A stretch of 32,085 nt of DNA from an uncultured Litorilinea sp. Lineage in GTDB: Bacteria; Chloroflexota; Anaerolineae; Caldilineales; Caldilineaceae. Positions 16,258-25,669 of this stretch are shown piece by piece. The translations under genes were made by a program, and so were the position numbers. The first letter of the stretch is position 1. Every line of letters starts with the position of its first letter. Location of the stretch: contig CAZYQJ010000001.1 in the NCBI GenBank assembly GCA_964649925.1, positions 499-32,583 of the forward strand, written 5' to 3'. Below the pieces are notes generated by a model, which was not told the origin of the DNA, ran no database searches, and worked only from the letters and a program-made list of their open reading frames with translations.

Positions 16258-17217
16258 CTAGGATCGCGCCATCAAGTCCTCGATCTCGGCCATCTGGTCC
16301 TCGGTCAAGGGGCCATGCGCCAGCGCGCCCACATTCTCCTCCACCTGCTGCACCGTCTTGAACCCCGGAATTGGGATCATCACCGGGCTGCGCGCCCACA
16401 ACCAGCTCAACGCGCCCTGCGCCGGTGTGCGCTTGCCTGCCGTCAACACCTCACGCACCTGGTTGAGTGCCTCCAACCGCCGCGCCGCCTCGCCTTCACG
16501 AAAATTCCAGCCATGCCGTACATCGTCTGCAGGCAGCGCCGAGTCTGGGCGAAACTTTCCTGTCAGGATGCCCTGCGCCAGTGGGCCGCGCACCACGCTC
16601 GCCAGCCCTTCCCGCTCACACACGGCCAACGTGTCGGCGTTTCCCTCGAACAGATTGAAGCGTTGCTGGATCGCCGCACAGTGCTCACCGCGTGCAAAGG
16701 CCGCGGCCCGCACCGGGTCATCGGTGCTCCAGCCGTACCACCGGATTTTGCCTTCCTCCACCAACAACTCCAATGTCTCCAATACCTCGTCCACCCGCGC
16801 CAGGTCATAATTGCCAATGTGAAACTGGTAGAGATCAATCGTCTCCACACGCAACCGGCGCAGGCTGGCCTCACAGGCGCGGCGAATATGATCAGGGTCG
16901 CCGCTAGCGCCTGTAATGCGCCGCGTCTGCTCGTCAAATACGTTGCCAAATTTCGTCGCGATGACGACCTCATCGCGGTGACCGGCCAGAGCTTCTCCCA
17001 AATTCCGCTCGCTGTGCCCGCAGCCGTATACATCGGTCGTGTCAAAGAAGTTGATGCCCAACTCCAACGCCCGCTGCAAAGCCATCAGCGATTGACGGTC
17101 ATCCACCTCACCCCAGCCGACGGGCCGGTCACCGCGCCAGAAAGGGCCGCCAATCGCCCAGCATCCCAGCCCCAAGGCACTAACAGCCAACCCGCTTCTA
17201 CCTAGGACTCGTTGCAT
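16258..17217 (-). CDS. Aldo/keto reductase
   Basis: I prefer ATG 17217 (GGTGG upstream), giving 319 aa starting MQRVLGRSGLAVSALGLGCWAIGG; also ..INFFDTTDVYGCGHSERNLGEAL... The 56-aa Arg/Trp-rich extension in the ORF track looks non-coding. Confidence 0.85.
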   Translation of the reverse strand: MQRVLGRSGLAVSALGLGCWAIGGPFWRGDRPVGWGEVDDRQSLMALQRALELGINFFDTTDVYGCGHSERNLGEALAGHRDEVVIATKFGNVFDEQTRRITGASGDPDHIRRACEASLRRLRVETIDLYQFHIGNYDLARVDEVLETLELLVEEGKIRWYGWSTDDPVRAAAFARGEHCAAIQQRFNLFEGNADTLAVCEREGLASVVRGPLAQGILTGKFRPDSALPADDVRHGWNFREGEAARRLEALNQVREVLTAGKRTPAQGALSWLWARSPVMIPIPGFKTVQQVEENVGALAHGPLTEDQMAEIEDLMARS

Positions 17218-17278
17218 CTCGCCACCATTTCTACCCGTATTGTACCTGCTTCGTTTGGCCGCCGCAGCTCGCCGCCGC

Positions 17279-18292
17279 TCACGCCAGCCAGCAGGCGCAG
17301 CGATCCACCAGGGCCGCACCATGATCCACGCGCCAGGCCTGCCGCAGCCGCGTCTTCCCGATCCGGCCCACCTCACCCGTGACATCGCCCGCGGCCAGGC
17401 CGCGCCCCAGCCACCAGATCGTGGCTACCACATCGCGCAGCGCCATCAAGTCCGGCAGGGCAGCGACCTCTGCTGGAGTCAGACGCTGCACCGAGCCATA
17501 CCCGCGACAAAACGCCTCCGCCTGATCCCACGGCTGCGGCTGATCTTCCATACGCATGGCAGATCCCAACCCCGAAGCGATATCCATTACACGCGCATCC
17601 GGCAAAGCCAGGTCAAAGTCCAGCACCGCCGTCAGTTGATCCCCCACAAAGAGCATATTCGAAGGCACAAAGTCGCCGTGGATCACCTGGTGAGGCAGCG
17701 CGGCGTAGTGTGCCTCCACAAAGCGCGCCACCCGGCCCACCTCATCCCGCCACCAACCTAGATCATCCACCAGTGGGCCGGAATCGCCCAACCCCAGCAT
17801 CGCAGCATCCACCGCGGCGGGGTTGGGCAGCACGGGGTGTATCCGGTCGAGCGCGCCATGACCGTACAGCCCAGGCCGCGGCTGCATGGGATAATCGGCC
17901 AGCGCGCCGTGCAGCCGGGCCAAGGCCGCACCAATCTGCTCCAGTTGGCTTAAGCTCGGCGGCCAGACAGCCTCCCCCTCCAACCGCGCAAACAGCGCAT
18001 GTGCCCGGCCCTCATGCCACCACAGCGTTGCGCCTGTACGCGCTGGGTGCGGGACGGGCACACGAAACGGCAGCGGCTGGGTATTCAACCAGGCGAGCAG
18101 TCGATGCTCGTACAGGATCGTCTCTTCCCGGCTGTGGGTCTGATACTGCTTCAGCACATACGCCGCGCCGCCGCTGCGTACCTCCATCACCTGGTTGTTG
18201 ATTCCCGGCCCGCGCAAGGTCTCGACCTTCGGTTCGCCGTCGAACCCGTAGATATCGGCAAGGACTTGCGCGATTTCCACTCGACCACTCAC
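17279..18292 (-). CDS. APH-fold phosphotransferase (homoserine kinase type II / aminoglycoside phosphotransferase-like)
   Basis: Catalytic loop VIHGDFVPSNMLF followed by LDFDLA. The start is uncertain. GTG 18292 would form a GTGA overlap with the upstream stop (18289-18292). GTG 18280 is an alternative, and the ORF track gives 18343. Confidence 0.7.
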   Translation of the reverse strand: MSGRVEIAQVLADIYGFDGEPKVETLRGPGINNQVMEVRSGGAAYVLKQYQTHSREETILYEHRLLAWLNTQPLPFRVPVPHPARTGATLWWHEGRAHALFARLEGEAVWPPSLSQLEQIGAALARLHGALADYPMQPRPGLYGHGALDRIHPVLPNPAAVDAAMLGLGDSGPLVDDLGWWRDEVGRVARFVEAHYAALPHQVIHGDFVPSNMLFVGDQLTAVLDFDLALPDARVMDIASGLGSAMRMEDQPQPWDQAEAFCRGYGSVQRLTPAEVAALPDLMALRDVVATIWWLGRGLAAGDVTGEVGRIGKTRLRQAWRVDHGAALVDRCACWLA

Positions 18293-19323
18293 CTCCTCGC
18301 GGCGCGCTGGCTGCGAAACTGCGCCAACAACATCTCCACCCACGCCACATTGGCGTCGCGGGTGCGTCCCGCCAGGTGCGGCGTGTGTGCCACATTGTCG
18401 CGTCCCAACAGGGGATCGTCCAGCGGGAGCGGCTCCACGTCAAATACATCGGCGGCAAGCGCCAGTTCGTCGGCCAACACCCGCCGCCGAATCTCAGCCA
18501 TGTCACAGATGCCGGCGCGCGTCACCAGCACGACCAGGCAGCCCTTGGGCAGCGCCCGGATATGCTGCGCTGTCACCAGCCCGCGCGTCTGGTCCGTCAG
18601 CGGCAGCATCGGCGCAAAGATCTCCGCATCTTCTACCAGGTCTTCCAGCCGCCACACCCGTCGCGCCCCGGCCCGGTGAAAGCTCGGCTCCGGCGCATAG
18701 GGGTCCCATGCCGCCACGTCCGCACCCATGCCGTGGGCAAAGCTCGCATACCGGCTCCCGATATTGCCCGCGCCCACGATCCGCACACGCTTGCCAGCCA
18801 GGGTGCCATGCGTAAAGCGCACATCATCGCTGAACTGCGCCCCTCGCTGGCCCGGCCCCTGATTGCGCGCTGGACGGTAGCGATCCCACACCTCATGGCT
18901 CTCCAGCATCGCCCGGTACTGCTGGGGAATGCCCCGCAAGGCACACAGGGTCAGCGCCAGCCCAAATTCTGCCACCGACTCTCCCCAGAACCCCTCGCTG
19001 TGGTGGCGATAGACCTCGATCCCGCGTGCGGCCAGCCGCGCCTCCACTTCTGGAGTCAGGGCAGGCTGATAGACATCCATGAACACTGCCTCGCACAGAT
19101 CGGGTAGTGATTCCACGCAGCCGGCCGTCACGCGCACACCCAGCACCGCCGCACGCGTGACCCCGCGGGCATCGCCGACGACCTCCCCCAGCGGGCGCGT
19201 ATCCCCGCGCGGCAGACGCACAAAACGCGTCGGCCCCTCTGCCTGCCAGCGGCTGTGCCAGTGATCGGCCACGAACGGCCAGGTCGCATCGAAATCGGCA
19301 TGTACAACGATCAGGTTGCTCAT
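18289..19323 (-). CDS. D-isomer-specific 2-hydroxyacid dehydrogenase family protein (NAD-binding)
   Basis: 344 aa. Contains [30 protein letters not shown] and a C-terminal catalytic region ..HTPHLAG... The ATG overlaps the NadE stop as ATGA (19320-19323). Confidence 0.8.
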   Translation of the reverse strand: MSNLIVVHADFDATWPFVADHWHSRWQAEGPTRFVRLPRGDTRPLGEVVGDARGVTRAAVLGVRVTAGCVESLPDLCEAVFMDVYQPALTPEVEARLAARGIEVYRHHSEGFWGESVAEFGLALTLCALRGIPQQYRAMLESHEVWDRYRPARNQGPGQRGAQFSDDVRFTHGTLAGKRVRIVGAGNIGSRYASFAHGMGADVAAWDPYAPEPSFHRAGARRVWRLEDLVEDAEIFAPMLPLTDQTRGLVTAQHIRALPKGCLVVLVTRAGICDMAEIRRRVLADELALAADVFDVEPLPLDDPLLGRDNVAHTPHLAGRTRDANVAWVEMLLAQFRSQRAARR

Positions 19324-21389
19324 ACGCTTACCTCGTCCGGCACATTGGCGCGCAGTTCCTCCAGCCAGACTGTCGCCTCCGAATCGCTCGGCGCGCGCCA
19401 GTCACCGCGCGGCGAGAGCGAACCGCCCGAACCCACCTTCGGCCCGTTCGGCACAGCCGACCGCTTGAACTGGCTGATCTGGAAGAAACGGAATAAGAAG
19501 ACCTCAAGCCAATGCTTGATGGTCGCCAGATCATAGGCATTGCGTTTGCTTTCGGGCAGCAGCGGCGGCCATGTCCCAACCGAGACATCACGCCAGGCAC
19601 TATAACTCAGGAACGCCACCTTGCTAGGCCGGAAGCCGTAGCGCGTGATGTAGTAGAGATTGAAGTCCTGTAGCTCATAGGGGCCGATCTTGGCCTCGGT
19701 GCTTTGCGCGGGACGGTCGTTCGCCCCATCCGTATGTGGAATCAGTTCTGGCGAGATCTCAGTATCGAGGATCGACCTCAGTGTCGCCGAAGCCTCATCG
19801 CCAAACTGGTTGGTGTCAGCCACCCAGCGGATCAAATGCTGGATCAGCGTCTTGGGCACAGACCCGTTCACGTTATAGTGGGACATCTGGTCGCCTACGC
19901 CGTAGGTCGCCCAGCCCAACGCCAACTCGCTGAGGTCGCCTGTACCCAACACCAGCGCATTATGAAAATTCGCCAGCCGGAACAGATGCGACGTGCGTTC
20001 CCCGGCCTGTACATTCTCAAAGGTCACATCATACTGCGGCGTCCCCTCCGCATAGGGATGGCCGATGTCCTTGAGCATTTGCAGCGCCGATGGGCGGATG
20101 TCAATTTCGTGCGCGCTCACGCCCAACGCCTCCATCAGCCGGTGGGCGTTGCCCTTGGTCACCGTGCTGGTTGCAAAGCCCGGCATCGTATAAGCCAGCA
20201 CATTGCTGCGCGGCAGGCCTAGCCGATCCATCGTGCGTGCCGCCACGATCAAGGCCTGGGTCGAATCCAGCCCGCCCGAAACGCCGATCACCACGCGTTC
20301 GATCCCCGTCGCCTTCAGCCGCTTCATCAACCCATGCACCTGGATGTTATAGGTTTCGTAGCAGCGTTCGTCCAACAGCGCCGGTTCACTGGGCACAAAT
20401 GGAAAGCGGTCGACCGCGTGGATCAGCGGCATCTCGCCTTCGGGGATTTCAAAGGTAAAGGGCACGCGGCGCAGTTGGCGAAGTTGCTCCTTGTAGTCGC
20501 CCACCGTGTCGTTGAACGCCGTCAGCCGCATCCGGTCTTGTACAAGCCGTTCCAGGTCAACATCAGCGGCGATGAGTTGCTCGCCATCCGGAAAGCGCTC
20601 AGACTCGACCAGCAACACCCCGTTGTCATAGATCAGCGCGTGTCCATCCCACGCCAAGTCCGTTGTGGATTCGCCTGGCCCTGCCGCCGAATAGAGATAG
20701 GCGGCGACGCATTTCCCTGACTGCCCCGCACACAGGGCGCGGCGGTAATCGGCCTTGCCCACGGTGATGTTGCTCGCAGAAAGGTTCACCAACACCGTCG
20801 CGCCGCCCAGAGCCGCCAGCGTGCTGGGCGGAATCGGCGTCCACACGTCCTCACAGATCTCGGCGTGAACCGCAAACCCAGGCAGATTGGTGGCATCAAA
20901 GATCAGGTCATTGCCGAAGGGCACGCGTTGCCCCAAACACTCCACCTCTCGCGCCACGGCATCGCGCGCCGCGCTGAACTGCCGCTTCTCATAGAACTCC
21001 CGATAGTTAGGCAAATAGCTCTTGGGCACAATGCCCAACACGGATCCCCGGTAGATGACCACCGCGCAGTTGAATAACTTCTGCTCAAAGCGCAGGGGTG
21101 CGCCCACCACCACCACCGGCGTCAGCCCGACGCTGGCCGTGACGATCCGCTCCACGCCGCGTAAAACCCCCTCAAGCAGCGCATCCTGTTGGAACAGATC
21201 GTCGATGGCATAGGCAGAGATGCCAAGTTCCGGAAAGAGTACAAGCGCCGCGCCCTGATCCGAAGCGCGTTCCGCCAGCGCAATCGTCTGGTCCGTATTG
21301 TAGTTGGGTTCCGCCACCTTGAGTTGCGGCACACCCACGGCGACCCGCACAAAACCGTGCCGGTAGATCGAGTTGAACGGTAACGTCAT
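19320..21389 (-). CDS. nadE: Glutamine-dependent NAD+ synthetase, large form (nitrilase-like glutaminase domain + synthetase domain)
   Basis: ATG 21389 (GAGGAG upstream), 689 aa. CN-hydrolase N-terminus ([34 protein letters not shown]). Synthetase P-loop [12 protein letters not shown]. Confidence 0.9.
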   Translation of the reverse strand: MTLPFNSIYRHGFVRVAVGVPQLKVAEPNYNTDQTIALAERASDQGAALVLFPELGISAYAIDDLFQQDALLEGVLRGVERIVTASVGLTPVVVVGAPLRFEQKLFNCAVVIYRGSVLGIVPKSYLPNYREFYEKRQFSAARDAVAREVECLGQRVPFGNDLIFDATNLPGFAVHAEICEDVWTPIPPSTLAALGGATVLVNLSASNITVGKADYRRALCAGQSGKCVAAYLYSAAGPGESTTDLAWDGHALIYDNGVLLVESERFPDGEQLIAADVDLERLVQDRMRLTAFNDTVGDYKEQLRQLRRVPFTFEIPEGEMPLIHAVDRFPFVPSEPALLDERCYETYNIQVHGLMKRLKATGIERVVIGVSGGLDSTQALIVAARTMDRLGLPRSNVLAYTMPGFATSTVTKGNAHRLMEALGVSAHEIDIRPSALQMLKDIGHPYAEGTPQYDVTFENVQAGERTSHLFRLANFHNALVLGTGDLSELALGWATYGVGDQMSHYNVNGSVPKTLIQHLIRWVADTNQFGDEASATLRSILDTEISPELIPHTDGANDRPAQSTEAKIGPYELQDFNLYYITRYGFRPSKVAFLSYSAWRDVSVGTWPPLLPESKRNAYDLATIKHWLEVFLFRFFQISQFKRSAVPNGPKVGSGGSLSPRGDWRAPSDSEATVWLEELRANVPDEVSV

Positions 21390-21452
21390 AGTCTCCTCAC
21401 CTGGCGAGTGACCTGCCGACAATCCCTTTGGTAGCCGCCCGCGCCGCAGCCG

Positions 21453-22538
21453 TCAGCGCAGTTTGCCGCGTGCAGCCACCGGCCAGACCGTCTCGACCCG
21501 CCCGCCGCGCACGCCATACAGCGTATCATGCAGGCAAACAGTCGCGTCCCCATAGCCGACCAGCATGTCAAACGTATCACCCACCTGAAGCCGGTCATCT
21601 GCTTCCGGCAGCGTGATGATCCCATGTTCGGCAGAGAGGACGATCTTCGCCGTTGGGAAATCTACAGGTTTGGGCGGCGCAAAGCCGCGCGTCGCCGTTT
21701 TGAACCCGCAATCACAGATAATGCGATCCGGCGCAGGACGGCTGGTCACGCGCCCACGCAAGAACAACGCCGGTTCCAGGTCCACGCCCCAGGCCTGATA
21801 CGACTGGTCACAGAAGATGCCGCCCCCTGCCTGAATTTCAGTAAGACCGGCGATATGCGCCGTCACCCGGTAGGTTCCACTGCCCCCCGCGCTCACGATC
21901 TCGACAGGCAGCCCATGCTTGCGGCACAACTCGGCACTGTCCACCAGTTGCCCAATGCTCGCTTCGATGCCGCGGCGCTTCTCGTCCACATCGCTGAACT
22001 CAAGGTTATGCCCTTCCCACGTCATCACCCCGCGCAGACGCACACCGGGCGTCGTCTCAATCCTGCGCGCCAGGGCCAACACAGGTTCGCAGGGCTGCAC
22101 ACCGGCACGGTGCATCCCCGTATCCACCTCGATCACCAGACCGACCTCGACGCCCGCCGCGACAGCCGCCTCGCCAATCTCCGCCACGTTCGCCGCACTG
22201 TCCACCGCTACCTTCACCTCGGCGTGACGCTGGATCGCAGCCAGCCGCTGCGCCTTCTGCGGCCCTACCACCTGATTGGCGACCAGGATATCGCGGATGC
22301 CTGCAGCGGCCATCACCTCGGCCTCGCCCAGCTTGGCGCACGTCACACCGATGGCCCCCGCCTGAATCAGCTTATGCGCGATGGCCGGTGTCTTGATCCC
22401 TTTGATGTGCGGTCGCCACGCCACGCCTGCGGCGTGCAACTCCGCCGCTACATTGGCAATGTTGCGCTCCATCTTGTCCAAATCGACCCACAGCGCCGGG
22501 GTATCCAGATCTTCTTTTCGCAGTCCGATTTCGCTCAT
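21453..22538 (-). CDS. Fold-type III PLP enzyme of the D-threonine aldolase / D-serine dehydratase (DSD1) family
   Basis: 361 aa. Alanine-racemase-N-like barrel with a PLP-lysine region WRPHIKGIKTPAIAHKLIQAGAIGVTCAKLGEAEV. C-terminal beta domain. Confidence 0.75.
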   Translation of the reverse strand: MSEIGLRKEDLDTPALWVDLDKMERNIANVAAELHAAGVAWRPHIKGIKTPAIAHKLIQAGAIGVTCAKLGEAEVMAAAGIRDILVANQVVGPQKAQRLAAIQRHAEVKVAVDSAANVAEIGEAAVAAGVEVGLVIEVDTGMHRAGVQPCEPVLALARRIETTPGVRLRGVMTWEGHNLEFSDVDEKRRGIEASIGQLVDSAELCRKHGLPVEIVSAGGSGTYRVTAHIAGLTEIQAGGGIFCDQSYQAWGVDLEPALFLRGRVTSRPAPDRIICDCGFKTATRGFAPPKPVDFPTAKIVLSAEHGIITLPEADDRLQVGDTFDMLVGYGDATVCLHDTLYGVRGGRVETVWPVAARGKLR

Positions 22539-22555
22539 AACCGTCCTCTGTGCGG

Positions 22556-23461
22556 CTACTCAAACCAGATTGGGTTGGTCCAGGCGCGGCCCCCATGCGC
22601 ATCGCGCACCGTGATCCGGCAGTACGGGCTGTTGAATTTCTCCAGGTTCAACTCTACGTCCATCAGACCGTGTCCCTCCGCGGCCACAGACGCCGGCCCC
22701 TTGCCCGTGGCGAAGACCCACTCGGCGGGCGAACAGCGCACAATGGCCCGCTTGCCCGGCTCCACCTGCACATCGTGGATCTGCGGCCCTGTGCTGGAGT
22801 AAAAATGGCCTGCCTTCAGCGCCGCCAGCAGCGCATCCGGTTCCAGCCGTTCGCTCTTGACCCACACCCACCCGCGCGCAAAATCATGACGGCTGCTCTG
22901 GTTGTGAAAATCATCCGCCGCACACACCCAGTAGCGTTGACCACGCCCCAACATAATGTCAGTGATGTGCCAGCTATCGGCGCGGTCATTGTGGTCAATC
23001 GCTACGCCATTATAGACCTCAATGGCGTCCACCGGCCCCAACCCTTCCAGGTCGCGCTCTGTGAGACAGTACCACTGCGGATGCGCTGCGGCCACAAATG
23101 CCCCAGCCGCCCGCGCCCGCGCCGCCAGGCCCGTCCCGTCTTCGCCATCGGCAGGGGGCGCAAAGTCCAGCGGCAGCCCAACGGCCAGCAGATGCCACAT
23201 GCCGCCCAGTTCGGTCTCCCCCGCGTGCAGTTCTGCGCCGATCAGCGTGGTAAAGTGCTGGTTCCGAAAGGAACGGGTATCGACCACAGGATAGTCATAC
23301 CGCTCCAAAAAGTGGTCGGTCAGCGCGAGGAAATCATAGCCGTTGACAGCGTAGCGCCGCGCCACCTCCTCCGGCTCCAGGCTGCCGTCGGATCGCGTCG
23401 AATGGGCGTGCAGGTTGCCGCGCCAAAAGCGGCCCGGCTTATCAAAGGGCAGTTGGTTCAT
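22556..23461 (-). CDS. PHP-domain metal-dependent phosphoesterase (CehA/McbA-like)
   Basis: I prefer ATG 23461, giving 301 aa: [40 protein letters not shown]. These are classic PHP His/Asp motifs. Confidence 0.75.
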   Translation of the reverse strand: MNQLPFDKPGRFWRGNLHAHSTRSDGSLEPEEVARRYAVNGYDFLALTDHFLERYDYPVVDTRSFRNQHFTTLIGAELHAGETELGGMWHLLAVGLPLDFAPPADGEDGTGLAARARAAGAFVAAAHPQWYCLTERDLEGLGPVDAIEVYNGVAIDHNDRADSWHITDIMLGRGQRYWVCAADDFHNQSSRHDFARGWVWVKSERLEPDALLAALKAGHFYSSTGPQIHDVQVEPGKRAIVRCSPAEWVFATGKGPASVAAEGHGLMDVELNLEKFNSPYCRITVRDAHGGRAWTNPIWFE

Positions 23462-23536
23462 TTGTCCATTCCTTGCTGGTGTACTGTGCGGCACAGAGAC
23501 CGGCCATGCCGCCGCGTGCATTGATTGTGGATAACA

Positions 23537-24622
23537 CTACGAATTGGAGAGGGCCACACGCAACAGGCGCAGCCAGTTCTCATGCATGATGGCGCGAATA
23601 TCCTCATCAGCATACCCGCGCTTGCCCAATAACTCGCTAAACCGCTGTAGATCGGCAATGGTGTCCAGGTCCGATGGCGATTGCTCACGGCCATAGCCGC
23701 CATCCAGGTCCGTGCCGATCCCCACATGGTAGCAGTTGCCTGCCAACTGGCAGATATGGTCAATGTGATCCACCACCGTTGCCAGCGTCACCTTCTCGTT
23801 GGTGGATTGCCCCACCACCCAGCCGGGCAGCAGCATCCAGGCATCCAACGCCGCGCCGATCACGCCATTGCGCTCGATGATCGCCTTCAACTGCTCGTCG
23901 CTGAACTGCCGTTGATGCGGGACCAGGGCACGGCAGTTGTTATGGCTGGCAAGCACCGGGCCGTGATAATGATCCAACGCCTCCCAAAACGATTGGTCGG
24001 AACAGTGGGTCAAGTCCAGCAGGATGCCCAGCCGGTCCATCTCCTGCACCAGCCGCACGCCGATCTCGGTCAGCCCCAGTTCTGTGGCCGTCCCGCCCGC
24101 ATAGCGGCCTGTGCCGTAGTGGGTCGGCCCCAGCAACCGCAGCCCAGCAGCTTTCCACTCCGCCAACTGCTCTGGTGCGAGGATCGGGTCGGCCCCTTCC
24201 ATGCTGATCACAAACCCCAGCGGCGGCGTCTCTTCGCTCAGATCGGGGTGCGCTGCATCCCACGCCTGCCACTCGGCCACATGAGCATCCAACCCCGCAA
24301 CGTCGGTCAGGATGCGGACATGCCCCTGCTGCTCCAACGCCCGGTAATAGGCCAGTTGCCCGTGCGCCATCCCATACGCCTGCGCCGCGGTCGCATAGTC
24401 AATGTGCGGGGTCATCTTGCCCGTGGATCGTGCGATCAGCGTTGCCACCGAAAGAAAAATACGCCCGCGCCGCATCTCAGGGTAGGCTACGGTCCCCTGC
24501 GCCCGGCCCTTGCCCGGCACAGTCTGCTCCATCGTGCGAATCGTGTAGACCGAACGCAGCAAATCCCGGTTCCACTGCAACGCATTCATCGACAAATCCA
24601 AATGCGCGTCTACAATCAGCAT
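23537..24622 (-). CDS. Membrane (renal-type) dipeptidase, peptidase family M19
   Basis: 361 aa. Motifs MLIVDAHLDLS.., ..VISMEGADPI.., ..LLDLTHCSDQSF.., ..PVLASHNNCRALVPHQRQFSDEQLKAIIERNGVIGAAL... AGGAG lies 10 nt upstream of the ATG. Confidence 0.85.
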   Translation of the reverse strand: MLIVDAHLDLSMNALQWNRDLLRSVYTIRTMEQTVPGKGRAQGTVAYPEMRRGRIFLSVATLIARSTGKMTPHIDYATAAQAYGMAHGQLAYYRALEQQGHVRILTDVAGLDAHVAEWQAWDAAHPDLSEETPPLGFVISMEGADPILAPEQLAEWKAAGLRLLGPTHYGTGRYAGGTATELGLTEIGVRLVQEMDRLGILLDLTHCSDQSFWEALDHYHGPVLASHNNCRALVPHQRQFSDEQLKAIIERNGVIGAALDAWMLLPGWVVGQSTNEKVTLATVVDHIDHICQLAGNCYHVGIGTDLDGGYGREQSPSDLDTIADLQRFSELLGKRGYADEDIRAIMHENWLRLLRVALSNS

Positions 24623-24706
24623 CGTCCATCACTCCTGTTGGCTTAAAGTTGGCAGGGTTGGCTATCCATTCACCATCACGTAAGGACGCGAAACACATCA
24701 CAGCCG

Positions 24707-25501
24707 CTAGTTGATCGCCGCCGCAATCCAGTGGATGATGCTCTGCCCCGTGATCAATTCCATTCCGGTGACAAAAAGCATCGTGTAGATCAGCACGTTG
24801 AACCACTTCTCGTTAAAACGCTTATTGAGGAAGATGCCCAGGGTCACGCCCACATAGGCCAGCGGCGCCAGGATGAGGATCGTCGTCAGGTTGCCAACGC
24901 GCAGCAGCCCTAAGAAGGCATACGGGATCAGCTTAACCAGGTTGAGGGTGGCAAAGAAGATCACATTCGTCCCCACAAAGATATGCCGGGGAAGTTTCTG
25001 AGGCAGCAGGTAGATTGTCGCCGGAGGGCCGCCAGCATGCGCCAGCGTGGACGTGAAACCGGCGGCGGCGCCCAGCCCCACGCCAGCGGCATCCGCAGGT
25101 CTCATCTCGGTCAGCCTCCCCAGGATCAGCGTCCGAAAGACCTGGAAAGCTACAAAGGCCAGCGAGATCACCCCCAGCCCGACCTTGAGCATCCGCTCGT
25201 TGTCGCTGAAAAACCCAAAAAAGGCTGCGCCCAACGCAATGCCGATCAATGCCCCTGGGATCATCGTCCGCAGACTGTGACGGTCCCAAACGCCCCAATA
25301 GTGCCGCAACGAAAACAAGTCCGCTACGATCAGCAGCGGCAGCAGGATCGCCGCCGCATCGGCCACAGGGATCGTCAACGCCATCAAAGGGGTGGCGACT
25401 GCACCCACCCCGCCGCCAAAACCGGCCTTGGACACGCCGATCAAAATGATTGCCAAGACCGCCGTCACCCAAAAGAGTGTGGGATAATCGGGTAGACTCA
25501 C
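24707..25501 (-). CDS. TauE/SafE-family anion (sulfite/organosulfonate) exporter
   Basis: 264 aa with about 8 TM helices. Internal duplicated pattern with GxGGG (GFGGGVGAVATPLM; GGPPATIYLL). GTG start. Confidence 0.8.
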   Translation of the reverse strand: MSLPDYPTLFWVTAVLAIILIGVSKAGFGGGVGAVATPLMALTIPVADAAAILLPLLIVADLFSLRHYWGVWDRHSLRTMIPGALIGIALGAAFFGFFSDNERMLKVGLGVISLAFVAFQVFRTLILGRLTEMRPADAAGVGLGAAAGFTSTLAHAGGPPATIYLLPQKLPRHIFVGTNVIFFATLNLVKLIPYAFLGLLRVGNLTTILILAPLAYVGVTLGIFLNKRFNEKWFNVLIYTMLFVTGMELITGQSIIHWIAAAIN

Positions 25502-25597
25502 TGACTAACTTTCTAAGCTGCACACCAGGCGGTGGATACGGAAAAGACCGCGGGGAACAACCTTGTCCCGTGGACGGACATTCAGACCACCGGGTTC

Positions 25598-25627
25598 ATT
25601 GTAGTCCCGCACAGCGCCCTGCCACAA
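25598..25627 (-). promoter_or_regulatory. Candidate sigma-70-type promoter for the TauE gene: TTGTGG-N18-TACAAT
   Basis: On the minus strand, TTGTGG is at 25627-25622 and TACAAT at 25603-25598. This would leave a leader of roughly 90 nt. Confidence 0.3.
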
Positions 25628-25669
25628 AACCGCCAGCGGTGGAATGACCAAAGCAGCGGGTTCGCTTAC

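Noticed and set aside
15913-17205. Long antisense ORFs: 15913..17205(+), 21528..22802(+), 22550..23524(+), 23681..24646(+), 25751..26623(+), 30639..31631(+), 11258..12154(-), 9623..10147(-), 17999..18679(+)
   Set aside because: Each lies opposite a gene with strong family motifs, and each has an Arg/Pro/His/Gln-rich, low-information composition typical of stop-poor antisense frames in GC-rich DNA. None has a convincing SD or domain signature.
17218-17385. 56-aa N-terminal extension of the aldo-keto reductase ORF
   Set aside because: It is Arg/Trp/Gly-rich and overlaps the upstream kinase 3' end. AKR homology begins at MQRVLGRSG (ATG 17217, which has an SD).
23484-23496. Short palindrome CTGTGC-G-GCACAG between the dipeptidase and PHP genes
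   Set aside because: It has only 6-bp arms with a 1-nt spacer and no T-tract. That is too weak to call a terminator or an operator.
25502-25669. SAM or cobalamin riboswitch upstream of the TauE gene
   Set aside because: I could not find the conserved cores by eye (SAM-I GAGGGA/GCAACC, or a B12 box). It is kept only as an unexplained leader in the findings.
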